NCBI GenBank assembly: GCA_051294375.1
Contig: CM119271.1
Location: 4,403,910 to 4,467,909 of the forward strand
Direction: 5' to 3'
Origin: Paraspadella gotoi
Lineage: Eukaryota > Animalia > Chaetognatha
Length of the DNA stretch: 64,000 nt
The position numbers were made by a program, and so were the translations under genes. Positions 39,668-52,600 of the stretch are shown here, piece after piece. Below the pieces are notes generated by a model, which saw nothing but the letters and a program-made list of their open reading frames with translations, was not told the DNA's origin and made no database searches. Each line of letters begins with the position of its first letter. Position 1 is the first letter of the stretch.

Positions 39668-40297
39668 TTTTTAGTCGCGCCGCGCGTACTCTCGGAGCAA
39701 CTCTATAACAGCGGTAGCCGACCAAATTTAAATTTTAATGGGAACAGCATTAAACGAATCCATTATTGGTTTGTGTAGACAACTTTTTATAAGCTATCTG
39801 AATCTGCTTTTAAAAATACATAATTTTTAAACAAATTTTTACATTTCCTATCTATAAATAAATATTAAAAAATTAAATGCTAGTGCTTCTAGCCATTTTA
39901 AAAAAATTTGGTCTATTGAAACTTGAAAGTTTTCTCAGAAATGTTTGAAGTTTCATTTGGGAAGGTTCCCAAATCAATCTTCTGATCCACCCCATTGACA
40001 AAGTTTCTCCCTACTATAAGTCACTTCTCGGTTGATCTGTCGCTCGGTCGGTCGGTCTGTCTGTCTATCGGTCTGTCTGTCCCACTTATGTTAAAAATGC
40101 TCAGAACTCGCCTATAGTTGGTTGTTCATTTGTTCAGACAGGAAAAAACCTCAAATCTAAGTGACTGTTAGCGCCGCCTTCAGGAAATCCTAAAACTATA
40201 AAGAATAAAAGACCGAATTTTGATGCAGTGCGTGTCAGAAATGCACGGGCTAAGAAAGTCACTGCGGCGCAACACATTGGATGGACCGATCTTGTTT
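39668..40297 (+). mobile_element. HINE/DINE-1-like element, copy C counterpart
   Basis: Matches 24826-25410 and retains the 3' actgcggcgcaacacattgg that is shortened in copy A. Confidence 0.65.
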
Positions 40298-40525
40298 CTT
40301 CCTTTCATCGCATTACGTGACTTTTTTCAGTTTTCTTATTTTTATCTATGTTTTGTTAGACTTTGTTTTTATGCCTCCATCTTTATTTTCGACTTTTTCT
40401 CTCTCTCGAACTTTTGCCTCACTTTTTTCCTTTTTCATTCTTCTCTTCTCCTTTATCTTTCCTTTTCTATCCCTTCTTTTTTCCTTCCTCTTCTCTTTTT
40501 CCTCCTCCTCCTCTTCTTCCTCCTC

Positions 40526-40960
40526 TGTCAGAGAGTTTGCTCGCTCTGCCGGGAGTCCCTCCGTCTTCCGCCCCGTCGCGCCACTACTTGGAGTAGCAGG
40601 AAGCTGACGTCTGTCCACAGCGTCGTCCACTTCGTAAGACCGCAAGTCCGAAAGGCCTGTGGCCCAGTTCATAGCCACCGCAAGTCCAGTCTTGTGGCTT
40701 CGTTGTGGGCTCTTATCCCTCTGACTAAAGTATCTGAAAAAAAGGTGACGTAGGTGACGTGACTGGTGACGTGGCTACTTGCTGACTACCGTCGTAAAAA
40801 GGCCGTTTGTGGACGGGTAGGAAGCCTATGGTCTACATATTTGGCCTACTAGTATTTGAACTGGAAGAGAAAAGTAGAGGGAAAGTAAGCAAAAAGCGAA
40901 CTCTATCAGAGCTATGAAGAAACTATAAAAAAGCAAAAGAGCAACGACAATATCTCTACA
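40526..40960. mobile_element. 435-bp solo LTR inserted in a (CCT)n tract
   Basis: Ends TGT(C)AGAGA ... TCTCTACA (TG..CA with a short inverted repeat). Absent at the equivalent site in copy A (~25633). Confidence 0.8.
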
Positions 40961-41848
40961 TTCTCCTCCTCCTCCTCTCGTCTTCACTCCACCGAGATTG
41001 CAACATCGTTTCTCAGAGCTGATATTGTCTTTCCCTAAGGGAAAACAAAATACTACAAAAAAAAAATAGCCAAAAAAATAAATAAATAACTAAAATAAAC
41101 TCCACCCAATTCTGGTGAGGAATAAAAACATAAAGCTCCTTTTTTCCGGCAAAACGGGTAAAAAAGAGCAAAAAAAANNNNNNNNNNNNNNNNNNNNNNN
41201 NNNNNNNNNNNNNNNNNNNNNNNNNNNNNNGCGCGGATTCAGAGAAAAGTGTGTCTCTGCTGTGTAAAGTAGACACGTATGAAATTGGTACAAGTACAAG
41301 TACAACCAATATAAAACTGACATAACAGGTCCCTGCAAGCTTTCAATCAAGACTCTCTCACAGTCTCGTTTATTCACTCCCATTTTCTAAGTTTTTTGTT
41401 TACCTTTTTTTATGTTGTATTTTGTAAAATAAGGATTAAATCCAGATGTTAATCTAATCAGACCGCAGGATATGGACTTGGACGGCAGCAACGGCACACT
41501 GATAGTGATTGCAATTTCCTTGGGAAATTCCTTTCTTTTTTCTTCATCCAGATGCGGTGAAGGACAAGGAATCTCAGAACATTGGGGAAAAACATATACA
41601 AAAACAGAAGAGTCAATTTAGTACTAAATGTTTAATAGTTAAAGGTTCTAATATTCTATTTTTCGCTTTCTTTATTTTTAAAATTTTGAATACTTTCTCA
41701 TTCATTTTATTGGCTGTTGGTATTTATTTTTGTTTGATACTAGTTTAATATTGTATTCTATTCTATGCTAAAAATTTGATATTTTTAATAAAAAACACTA
41801 AAATCAAAATGTTTCCTGTTCTGCGTTGGGGGTCACGATTGAAATCTG

Positions 41849-41884
<36 letters not shown>

Positions 41885-43295
41885 NNNNNNNNNNNNNNNN
41901 NNNNNNNNNNNNNNNNNNNNNNNNNNNNNNNNNNNNNNNNNNNNNNNNNNNNNNNNNNNNNNNNNNNNNNNNNNNNNNNNNNNNNNNNNNNNNNNNNNNN
42001 NNNNNNNNNNNNNNNNNNNNNNNNNNNCTCTCTCTCTCTCTCTCTCCGCTAATGAAAGCAGACAAAGGAGAACCGGAGGGGATTTTTTTCTCTTCTCCTT
42101 TCTCCTAATGTAGAAACGCACCTTTTGGCTTCAGAGAGAAAATCTAATTTGGAGAAACGGAGGCTTTTTACATTCGATTCTGGCCGATGCTCTTTTTTTT
42201 TTATGTCGCTGTCGGAAAGTTGCGACGGTGGCGACAATTTTTTAGGCGGGAAGAATTTACTACTGGTTTTTGTTTTGTTTTTTTTTTTGCTGTTTTTTTT
42301 CACGTTTTATTATGAAAGAGATAAAGAGATAAAAAGAGAAAGAGAGAAAGAGAGAATGAGAGAGAGAGTGTATAATTCTCTTCTCAACTTTTTTAGTCAG
42401 GGTCAAAAGAGCCAAGGTTGACATCGACACTCGGTCGGCCGTCGTAATATTGCTAACCAAATCGCCGAAGTAACTTCCTATTATTGCCAACGACGTGTCG
42501 CCTAGAAAAGTATTTTTATGTCAACAAAGTAACTCGAAAAAACTTTTCAAAACGAAAGACGACACAGTCTTACCAGATCTGTCACTCGATTGACTTTCAG
42601 TTTGAGAACAAAACTAAAAATAACTTTTAATATCTGTTAGGCCCGATGGAATTAAAAAATCTTAATGTCGCATTTCGTCCCTTGCAACGTTGTGATTTAG
42701 TTTATCACACTTGACATACTGTTAAACTGCGCCTTCAATGAACCACGAACGTCATCGAAAAACCCATAGCGCTCAAACGAGTTGCCGTTTGCGATCCTTT
42801 TAAAACGTTAGACAAAATGTAAAAGACTTATGGTTACTCTTATTTCCGTCACTCCTTTTGAAACGCCACCTCTCTCCACTCCACTCGCCCGCTCCCCTCC
42901 ATGTGCAACAACGTCTTGTCGGTCTTCAACGACGGCGACGCCATCAACGGACCTTGTTAGCGAAGGAATTAGTTCTTTTGTTCTTGCGATTCGTTCTCCC
43001 GCCTCTTTTTTTTAAATTGCTAGGCGTCGACCGTTTATTTTTATTTCTTACGGAGAGAGAAAGAGAAAGACGCCGGGGGTTCTTCATTTATCTCTCTCTC
43101 TCTCTCTNNNNNNNNNNNNNNNNNNNNNNNNNNNNNNNNNNNNNNNNNNNNNNNNNNNNNNNNNNNNNNNNNNNNNNNNNNNNNNNNNNNNNNNNNNNNN
43201 NNNNNNNNNNNNNNNNNNNNNNNNNNNNNNNNNNNNNNNNNNNNNNNNNNNNNNNNNNNNNNNNNNNNNNNNNNNNNNNNNNNNNNNNNNNNNNN

Positions 43296-43331
<36 letters not shown>

Positions 43332-44374
43332 TCCATCCGCGGTCTCATTAATCTGAATTCTCGTAATGCTCTTTCTTATTAGCGGGGGTTTTTCCCTTCA
43401 ATATGACGCAGTCAATGACCGGAATTTACTTTTTGAATATGAATTCTTTTGTTAACCGCAGAATTGGTTTTCTCTGCATAAGAAAAGTAGTTATATCAAA
43501 TTTCAATTTGTTAGAATATGTATTCTGTGAAAGCCTGTAATTGTATATTATGTATTGAAGTATTTGATATATCCCATTGACACAGTTTATTGAAAAACTA
43601 TACGGCTTCATCGATAGGGAAGCCATATTAAACTAGACTGTGAGAGTTAGAAAACTAACTTACTTTTCCGTCAGATCAGGCCCTTTGTATTTACATTTTC
43701 CATCCGTTTTTTTTTTTTTTCTTAAAACGAGGCTCGAGTTCTCCTTCTCTTCCCCCTCCCCTTCGTCCATCGCTACCTTCTCCTCATCCCTTCCCCAGGC
43801 GCCAAAAATCTTAAAACTCGTTGCCAACAAATGATGAAAAAACGGATTTACCTTTTTTTCTTCTTTCTGCGAACCGAGAAAAGAGCGGGAAAAAAAAAGT
43901 GGGCGTCTGCTTCGATTTATCAATATCCGCCACGCCCCCTTTTTTTCTCTGGGTGTGTCGGTCTCTCTCTTTCTCTTTTCCCTTGTGCATGTGGGTTTTG
44001 AAGAGGATAGTTTTTGATAACTAATTCTTCGAAGGATGATAGGTGTATTTGGAGTTTTATAGTGTTTATATTTTAATCTTCTGTTTTTTCACGGTACTGT
44101 CCGGACTCAGATACTCTCTCTTCTGCTTCTCTCTCTCTCTCGTAACTCTTCTCTCTCGTCTCTCTCTCTCTCTCCTCTCTCTTCTTCTTTTTGAGAAATG
44201 AGGCTAATGGAAACATTTGGAACTGTCGGTGCCATCAAAAACCTGGATTCTTTCACATGAAATGCATCTGAGTTTTCAAAGAATGGTTTTCCAATGCCTT
44301 TTTACGTTCGAGGTTTTTAGCTTGGGTGAAGAGAGGGAATAGCATCATGGGTGGGCAGACAGGGGGAAGGGAGG

Positions 44375-44405
<31 letters not shown>

Positions 44406-44544
44406 CAGAGAGAGAGAGAGAGAGAGAGATGAGAGGAGAGAGAGAGGAGGAGAGAGAGAGAAAAGAGAAAATAAATACTGAAAGGAAGTACAGAAAACAG
44501 ACGCGCTATAGTCCCAGGCAAGTAAAAATAGTGGAAACTGAAGA

Positions 44545-46525
44545 CACAGGAATACTACCTGACGCACAGACAGACTGGCGCTCAAAGACAAAAAGTATCC
44601 GCTTAAACATACCACTTCATTTTTCAAACCCGAGGAACCGCATCATATCCAAAATTAGCGCTCTCTTTGAACAGCGGTTCTCGGATACTTGCCGGAGCTC
44701 AACGCAGACGAACTATAATTCCCAAAAAGTTTATAACTCTTAGCGAAATCATCATTGATTGAGTTTATGACGGATATTCAGTTACGAATTCTGCTACCTT
44801 CATGATATAATTCTGGTCATTTTAAAAACCCTCAGAATGAGATTGTAAGATTATTAATGGGTATTTGTTAAGTTGCGGTTAGAAGACCAAAAATAAAATC
44901 TCTTCTCTTCTTCCATTAATCAAGTCTGTAGCGGGTCCTTCTCTCTGAGCATGGGTCTAACAATACGCTAAAAACCGAAATATCGTGTACATGACACGTC
45001 CATCCAGTAATCCCAGCTATCTATCACTCGTTCCTCTTTTCTTTTGCTCCTTATCGTCTGGTTCGCACACAAAAAAAAAAAACTTCCTCTTGCGGTCCGT
45101 TCTGCTTTTAATCATTTTCTGTACTTCGGTTGACTCGATACTCTTTGGTCACAATAGTAGGAGATGAACGCAGATCGAAGTCATCTAACTAATCAATCTC
45201 GTAACATTCCTTTCTAAGTGCGTCTGCAAGATGTCAGGTGAACATTCAAAATACCTATACAATCTGAAAAAAAGAGTTAATTTTGCCGTCTCCTGCCTCT
45301 CTTCCTACTTCGATTCCTCCACGTTCTTGCTCTCGTCCCAGACGTACGAAATCTCACTCATACTACTTCTCTCTCTTCGCTCCTCGCTCCTCGCTTCGTG
45401 CATTCGTCTTGCTTCGACTTCTTGTCCTCTCCTCGCGAACAACGAATTCAAGCCTTCGATTCTGCCAATAACACCACTAGTGTAAAAAAAGAATTGTAAA
45501 AAGGTTAGTATATTGAAAAATGCACACTAAAATTGAAAATACAGCTAAAATCGATTAATTATTCGCATTAACTGCTTCCGCCATATAAATTGCTTTCAAT
45601 AAATACTTTGATTAAATAACGATTTAAAAGTCCGTCCAAATTGAAGATCCTTCAAATTCCTCATATTCAATCAGAGATGCAAAATTCCGTAAACTGGCGA
45701 AGTTTTTAGTTATCCCTATTCTCATAACTATTTATTTGCGTCTTTTCTCATCAATCTTTTTTATTAGTTTCTTATTTTGTCTCAACTTTTTTTCTTTTTT
45801 TGTCCACTAATTGAGAAGGCCGAATGGTAGCCACCGCATATAAAGAACGAAGACTCTCACAGACTTGGAATCGTATTTTGACATTTTTATATAAGTCGAA
45901 TGTTATGTATTTTGTCTTTATATATTATCTCATTTATAAATATTTTAACAACACGATTTGACATTCAAGCACTATGTTTATTTGTTCAATTGTTTATAAT
46001 ATCTATTTTGACAAATTACTCTGGGTTCATACGTCATATTACACTAGTTTTATGTGCACGTGGGTTTAATAGTCCAAATGCCGACTCCTTGAACTAAAAT
46101 ATTACAAAAAAAGCACTGGAACGGTTTGGGATTTCTTTAAACTCCTCCGCATCTTCAAAAACAGCTCAGGCTTCTTCGACCCCGGGACCAACCATAAAGC
46201 GTCTCGCAAACATTATTCCGCTTTTTGTTTTCAAAAAAAACTTATCAATACCGCTCGGGGAAGAACGAAAAAAGAGAAAAAAAAATCTTAAAAATAATAA
46301 AACATTGCCCGCGCACGTCCTGCACGTGGACTGCCGTCCGTCAGGCACCGCCCGCCGCAGCCGCCCGCCGTCCCGCAGCGGTCACTCACACCGAGGAGAA
46401 ATCCGCAGCAACCAGTCTCGAACCTCGTCGATAACCATTATCTAGCAATAAAATAAATCACAATAATGAAGAAAAAAGAAAACAATAAAATTATATAAAT
46501 TAAAACGGGGGAATTAAATATTTTA
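44545..46525 (+). repeat. Insertion-riddled copy of 48360-49615
   Basis: Shared anchors in order: gacgcacagacagactggc, gcgaaatcatc, ttgaagatccttcaaattc, ccgcccgccgcagccgcccgccg, cgaggagaaatccgc. Confidence 0.88.
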
Positions 46526-48189
46526 CATATTTATTAATAGTCGCAAAATTACGAAATCTCAGTATTATGCTATCGAAAGGAAACATGTCCTCTACTCTAC
46601 CCAAAGCGCCGGCTTGTTTGGGAGTAATATACATTTTCTTGTTATCTGTATATCGGCACTGAAACACATCGCAAGTTAACCGGAGTACAAGGCGTGCAGG
46701 TATCGATAGGTTAAAAGATTTTGGGGAAAGATAAATTTAGGAATGGTAAGTATAGATGGAAGAATATTAAAAATGAGAGAGACATCTATTAGGAGCTTAG
46801 GGTACATTTATAGTTGTGTTATTAGATAAAATTCTCTCCAGACTCGTATATTTTTTTTCAAATAATTTTAACATATATTACCTAAAGAGAATTGACCGAG
46901 GCCTAGACTAATTATATTATATATAAATTTTAAATATAAATTTTAAAAGTACTCTTATTTCTCATGATTAAAGGTAAAGATGCCCCTATAAGCTCTTTTT
47001 CTGGTTTTCGAGGTGGAACCTATTTTTAAATACATTTATACATAAATAAGTAAATGCTGTCCCAAAACGGTCCTCTGTATAGAGAATAAGATTTAATTAA
47101 TTAACATTATCGACACGCAAAACCGCGGGGTCAGACGACGCGAGAGAATAAAATTTCACGGCGCACTTATGTGGATCAATGCACCTTTGTGCCGCAAATT
47201 TTCAAGAAAGTATAAAGAGGGAGAAAAAAAAATCAAAGATACTCTAATTATGAAGGTGATAAATTAAACCAGATAAATGAAGTGGTTCTAAAAACTGGCC
47301 GAGATTGGAACATCTATTAAATAGATGAGTTTCATAATACAATAGTTTATCTAGTTAATCGAAATGATAAGGCATTTAAAACCTCTAAAATTACCGCTAT
47401 GCAATATTTAAGACAAAATGAGATTTTTCCTGTAGAATTAAGAGGATTTACATTTATTACGAATCCAGAGGTGGAGGTGAGATGGGATTTATTTTTAATA
47501 ACTTAACAATTAATGCATAAGACTTAAAAAATTGAGAGACGATGTATACGCCTTGTTGTATCAATCAAAGATAAAGAACACTGTGTGAAATAATTTTGAA
47601 ATTTAATAAAACTAGTATGGGAGAATAAAAAAGAAAAGTAGGGAGCGACGAATAAGGGCACTTGAGAAATAGATAAAGAACCACCAAGTTTTGGTTAATC
47701 GAACTGGAAGTAATGCATCAGAGGGGTAACCGTAACGTATATACTAGCACAACTTATGAGTAACGCAAGTATGTAATGGATCTGGATTTGGGGGTTATAG
47801 GAGTCACATCGCGAATAAAAAAGACGTTCTAGCACTGACCACTATTAGGATCAAAAAGAAATGACTTTTGACTCAACACAGTTTTCTTGGCTCGTCGCTC
47901 CTGGTCTTATGTTCAATTCGTTTCGTCGCCGCCCTCTGTGTCTGCTCTTCGCGTAATTTTGCCTGCAGGTTTTTTTTGTGTTTTTCTGTTTTGTTGTTCT
48001 TATGGTACCGACATTCTGGTCTCCTATTTTATTAGCTTTCGCTTTCGGGCGAAAAACGGATATTAATTCATCAAGAGACAAAAAATTGGCGGTTTAGGTT
48101 CCTCAAGGTTTGCGTTTTTTACTTGAACTCTGGGGAATATTCCAACAAGGGAGGGGTGGTTATAACGTGTTTATGGCTTATCGTATAGG

Positions 48190-48334
48190 GCTGTTAGGGA
48201 GTCGTCGCCAGTTAGTGGTTAGAGTGTTTAAGATAATGATGAATTTTTCGTTTTCTTCATTTTGTGTAATGAAGGATTGATAATATTTTTAATGGTGGTT
48301 TTTTCAAAGACGCCACAAGAACTCCCGGGGTAGG
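48190..48334 (+). mobile_element. Degraded third TTAGGG-MITE member, cut by a gap
   Basis: gtggttttttcaaagacgcca...cccggggtagg resembles the right end of 23834-24017. Confidence 0.45.
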
Positions 48335-48359
48335 NNNNNNNNNNNNNNNNNNNNNNNNN

Positions 48360-49615
48360 AGACACACACTGACGCACAGACAGACTGGCCGTCAGAAAAA
48401 CCACTTTCATTTTCAACCGAGAACCCATATTCCACATTCGTTGACGCGTTGATACTTCCACTCGCGACGAACAGATTCCAATATTTATATCGCGAAATCA
48501 TCTTGATTGTTATGACAGGATTCGTTCGAATCTCTCCTTCTGATATATTCTGTCATTAAACACGATGAGATTGTAAATATGAGGATTTATCGGTAGAAAA
48601 TAAATCTCTCTCTCTCTCTCTCTCNNNNNNNNNNNNNNNNNNNNNNNNNNNNNNNNNNNNNNNNNNNNNNNNNNNNNNNNNNNNNNNNNNNNNNNNNNNN
48701 NNNNNNNNNNNNNNNNNNNNNNNNNNNNNNNNNNNNNNNNNNNNNNNNNNNNNNNNNNNNNNNNNNNNNNNNNNNNNNNNNNNNNNNNNNNNNNNNNNNN
48801 NNNNNNNNNNNNNNNNNNNNNNNNNNNNNNNNNNNNNNNNTGTCTCTCTCCATGAGTCGATTCCCCACCGTAAGTTTGTAAGTTTGTATTGAAAATGCCT
48901 AAAATAGAAATACGCTATCGATTATATTCCATAACTGCTCCCCCATAATTGCTTCCATAAAACTTGATAAAAACGATTTAAAAGCCGCCAATTGAAGATC
49001 CTTCAAATTCATATTCAGAGAGAGCAATAATTCCGTAAATGCGAAGTTTTTGTTTCCCTTCTCACTAATTTATTGCGCTTTTATTCTTTTTATTAGTTTT
49101 TATTTGTTCTTTTTTTTTTCCAATGAGAGGCCGATGGAGCCACCGCAATATAAAACGAAGCTCGCCAGCTGGAATCGTATTTTGCATTTTATCGAATGTT
49201 GTTTGTCTTTATATTTTCATTTATATATTTACCCACTATGTTTATTTGTTCAATTGTTTATATTTTTGACAAATTACTTGGTTATTCTTTTTACTGGTTT
49301 AATAGCCAATGCCTCCTGACTAAATTACAAAAGCCCGGAAGTTGGGTTTTTACTCCACGCCATCTTCAAACGCTTCTTCGCCCCACCGCGCCGCCTACCT
49401 TTTTCCCTTTTGTTTTCACACTTCATCCCGTCGGGGGGACAAAAAAATAAATAAACATCGGCACGTCACGTGACTCCGCCGCAGCCGCCCGCCGCAGCCG
49501 CCCGCCGCCGCAGCCGCCATCCCGAGGAGAAATCCGCGTAACATCTCGACCTCGTCGTCATTAATCACAAAAAATCACAAAAAAAAGCTATAAAAAAAGG
49601 GGGAAAAATTATTTA
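48360..49615 (+). repeat. Cleaner copy of 44545-46525
   Basis: Same anchors as its partner; begins right after a 25-N gap. Confidence 0.88.
48913..49049 (-). CDS. Candidate minus-strand exon, unknown product
   Basis: Open frame NFAFTELLLSLNMNLKDLQLAAFKSFLSSFMEAIMGEQLWNIIDS followed by a gtattt donor. Confidence 0.35.
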
Positions 49616-52600
49616 CCCTCGGTGTCTTGTATGAACCTCGAAAGGGGTTGAAAGCAGCTTGTAAACCGCTCAAGACAAAATTTAAAGGGAGATGCGCTAA
49701 ATTTTAAATAAAGACGGGATTGGTGCTTCTTAGATTTTTAACTATTTATCCCAAGCAGGGGACACGCTTCGAATTATGGAATGTAGAGGATTGACAATCA
49801 TACTTTATCAGAGGTATCAAAATGAATGATTATTTATACATTTTTCGGGTGTCAACCTTGGCGGGAAACGGCATCCTAGGGAAGGTCGTCTACAAACGAT
49901 CGTGGCTTAGCTCTTAATCTGACATGATTCACTAATTTAATGAGGTCAATGTTCTCCAACTGGCACATTGTCGGAATTATGGCGTCATTGATGCGAGATG
50001 CACCATCCAGTGTCTGGTGTTACGTATTTGAAGCGAGAGGTTGTCATTCAATGTGGCTGTTACGATATTTGCGGCGTTTTCCAGTCGCGAATATGATCTG
50101 CGTTAGGTGCAAGACAGCATCTTCTCTATCAATGTGCGACTTTATGTGGATGTTATTATACATCGCCAGCTCGTATAATCAAGACTTATGCATCTGTGGG
50201 TGATACGAAGACTATGTTGTTATTTCTAGTGTGCAGAGAGTATATCGAGAGTCACTATCTTAAGGGACGAGATGGAGTAGGTTTTGATATCATCAGTATT
50301 TACAAATCTCCAAATCTATATCGTCTCATAGTGACGCAAGATATAAACTATTCCATGATCTTACTTTTGAGTATACCAAGAATTCAATTAATCCAGAATA
50401 TATTTCAAGGATCATTAAACTTATCTAAACAATCTTACATTTTACCAAAACCTAAAGACACTTTGATATCACATTTATTTCGCATTTGGAAGAGGGGGTT
50501 ATCTATCGAGTAATTCTGTTCTGCTATCACTATCATTAACATAACACAATTTTAATTCACCAACTAAGCAGACGGAAATTACATGAATTAATATTAATTT
50601 AATCAACTCACTTTTCAATTCGAATCTCTATCTCCACTCAAATATAAATTAATTAGCTAAACATATTATTCCATGTAATTACACATACGTGTACAGTACG
50701 ATTGCTCAATATAACTTCGTTATCCAACCATCAATTAATTATATTTGCTTTATTCATTTATCTTTCTTTGATAAGTACCGTCTGGCGAGATCAACCTATA
50801 TCTTTTAGTTAAAAGATTCTTCTTTTTTGTTGGTCTATCCATCACGAGAGATAACACATGAGTTCGAGGTCGAGGCTCCAATTGATCACCCATGATGCTG
50901 CTGGAGTAGACTTTCGAATCTTTGAACGCAAGAGATAGGAAGCCGTCCTACACAGATTTTAAATGCAGATTCATCGTTCAGAAGTCTTGTGGGTCTGTCA
51001 CCGTATCTTTCACCCGTACTGCTCTGTGAACTTGGTTGCGGGGAACCTTCAGATATTGAATCTACCGATTATGTATCTTAATCAGACCAGAGGGAATACC
51101 CTATTATCACCGGAGGACAGAACTAGAGGCCCACAGGGCAGCAGGGTGCCACAGGTAGCTGGTTTTATCCACCAAGGGGTTAGCATCCTCTTGAAAAGAT
51201 TTATCTTTTCTTTCTAAGCTACTGTTTTGGATCCTATCTTGGCGTAGTTGGCTAATTTGCACGTGCTCTGGCCAACGTCGTCACCATGTTTATTTTCCAA
51301 TACCCTTAACTTCGCAAGCAAGGCAGGTATCCGAGTGATGTTACTTAGTCAAGAGGTGGGTCAAGCACTTACGGCAAATTTCCTGAGGAACCTTGCGATG
51401 GTATGATGATTTAGACAACTTCTTTGCAAATAATGCGGCATAAAGGCTTTATTGCTAATAGGTGTTTTTAAAACTGATTTTTTTGAGACTCCAGGAAAGT
51501 TCAATCTATGTGAGGAGTTAAGTGTAATTATGTATGTAAAAAAATTGATTACTTTATGTTTTTTTCTGATTTGAAGTGATAAATAACTTGTCGGTTCACG
51601 GGTATGGGCGTTGGGTTTTCATGACGGCCAAATTTTGTCGTCGTAAACTGGTGGCCGGTCGCGGTTTTTGGCCTGGGCGGGTGGTCGCTAGCACTTGGCT
51701 GAACGCGTACGGCCCCACTACGGGCTTTTACTGCTCTTAGGGCAGGGATGAGGAAGCGTTAGGTGGCTGAGCGGAAGCGTGCGGGTGAAGAGCCGAGTGG
51801 CGCCGTCCTGCCCGTTTCGTTGAGAAGAAAAAATCGTTGAGATTTGTCTTTAGGCAAAGGATGCCGAAGTTTCAGAACCTCTTCTTAAATCTTGCCCGAA
51901 TCCCAGGGAAACGTTCAAACAACTTATTAATCTTGTGCAGCAGGGACGGCAGGTTTTTTAGCCAAAGTATCTAGGTAAGAAATGCTGTAAATAATCTTAT
52001 TCAAAATTCAATTCAGCCTCATACGTTTCTCTCGTGCGGACGAAAAAAGGTAGCGGTCGGCGACATCGGGAAAAAGGCGCGCCTGCGACATTCGGCGACC
52101 GAGGCCGTGGAAGTGCGACGAATATTTTCTGCGCGTCAATTTGTCGCTACTTGTTTGCGGCCATCAACTCGGCGCTTTCGGCTAGCCTAACGCCGGGCGA
52201 TCATGCCAAAGGCAGAATTAGTCGTGGCCAGATCTCGCTCCCTTGTGTGGTATTACAAGCTTTCAAAAGTATGGGACTCGATACTTGGGCGCCGAAGAAA
52301 AGCCGCAAGGAAGGCCATGTTCTTTCCGGGTAACGCACAAAATTAAAAAACAAAACTAATGATTAATAGTTGTTAAAGGAGGCTCAACAACCAATGGCTC
52401 GTTAGCTTTTACGTAGGGTTCTAGCGTCAGAAGAAACCGAAGCGTTCGGGTCCTGAGTTTGTAACGGAGTCCTGGTCGCGCTCGAGGGCAGCGGATATGT
52501 CGGTGAAGGTCGCGGACGCACAGGGAGCGTTTGCGTGTGGTATCGTTCATCGAGAATTGCGTACATCGGCCTGGACAAGAGAGTTATTATCGGCACGGTA

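Larger units (their letters stand above)
31097..41022 (+). repeat. Copy C (full unit plus solo LTR; continues into unique sequence)
   Basis: Collinear with copy A through gagattgcaacatcgtttctcaga. Confidence 0.97.
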
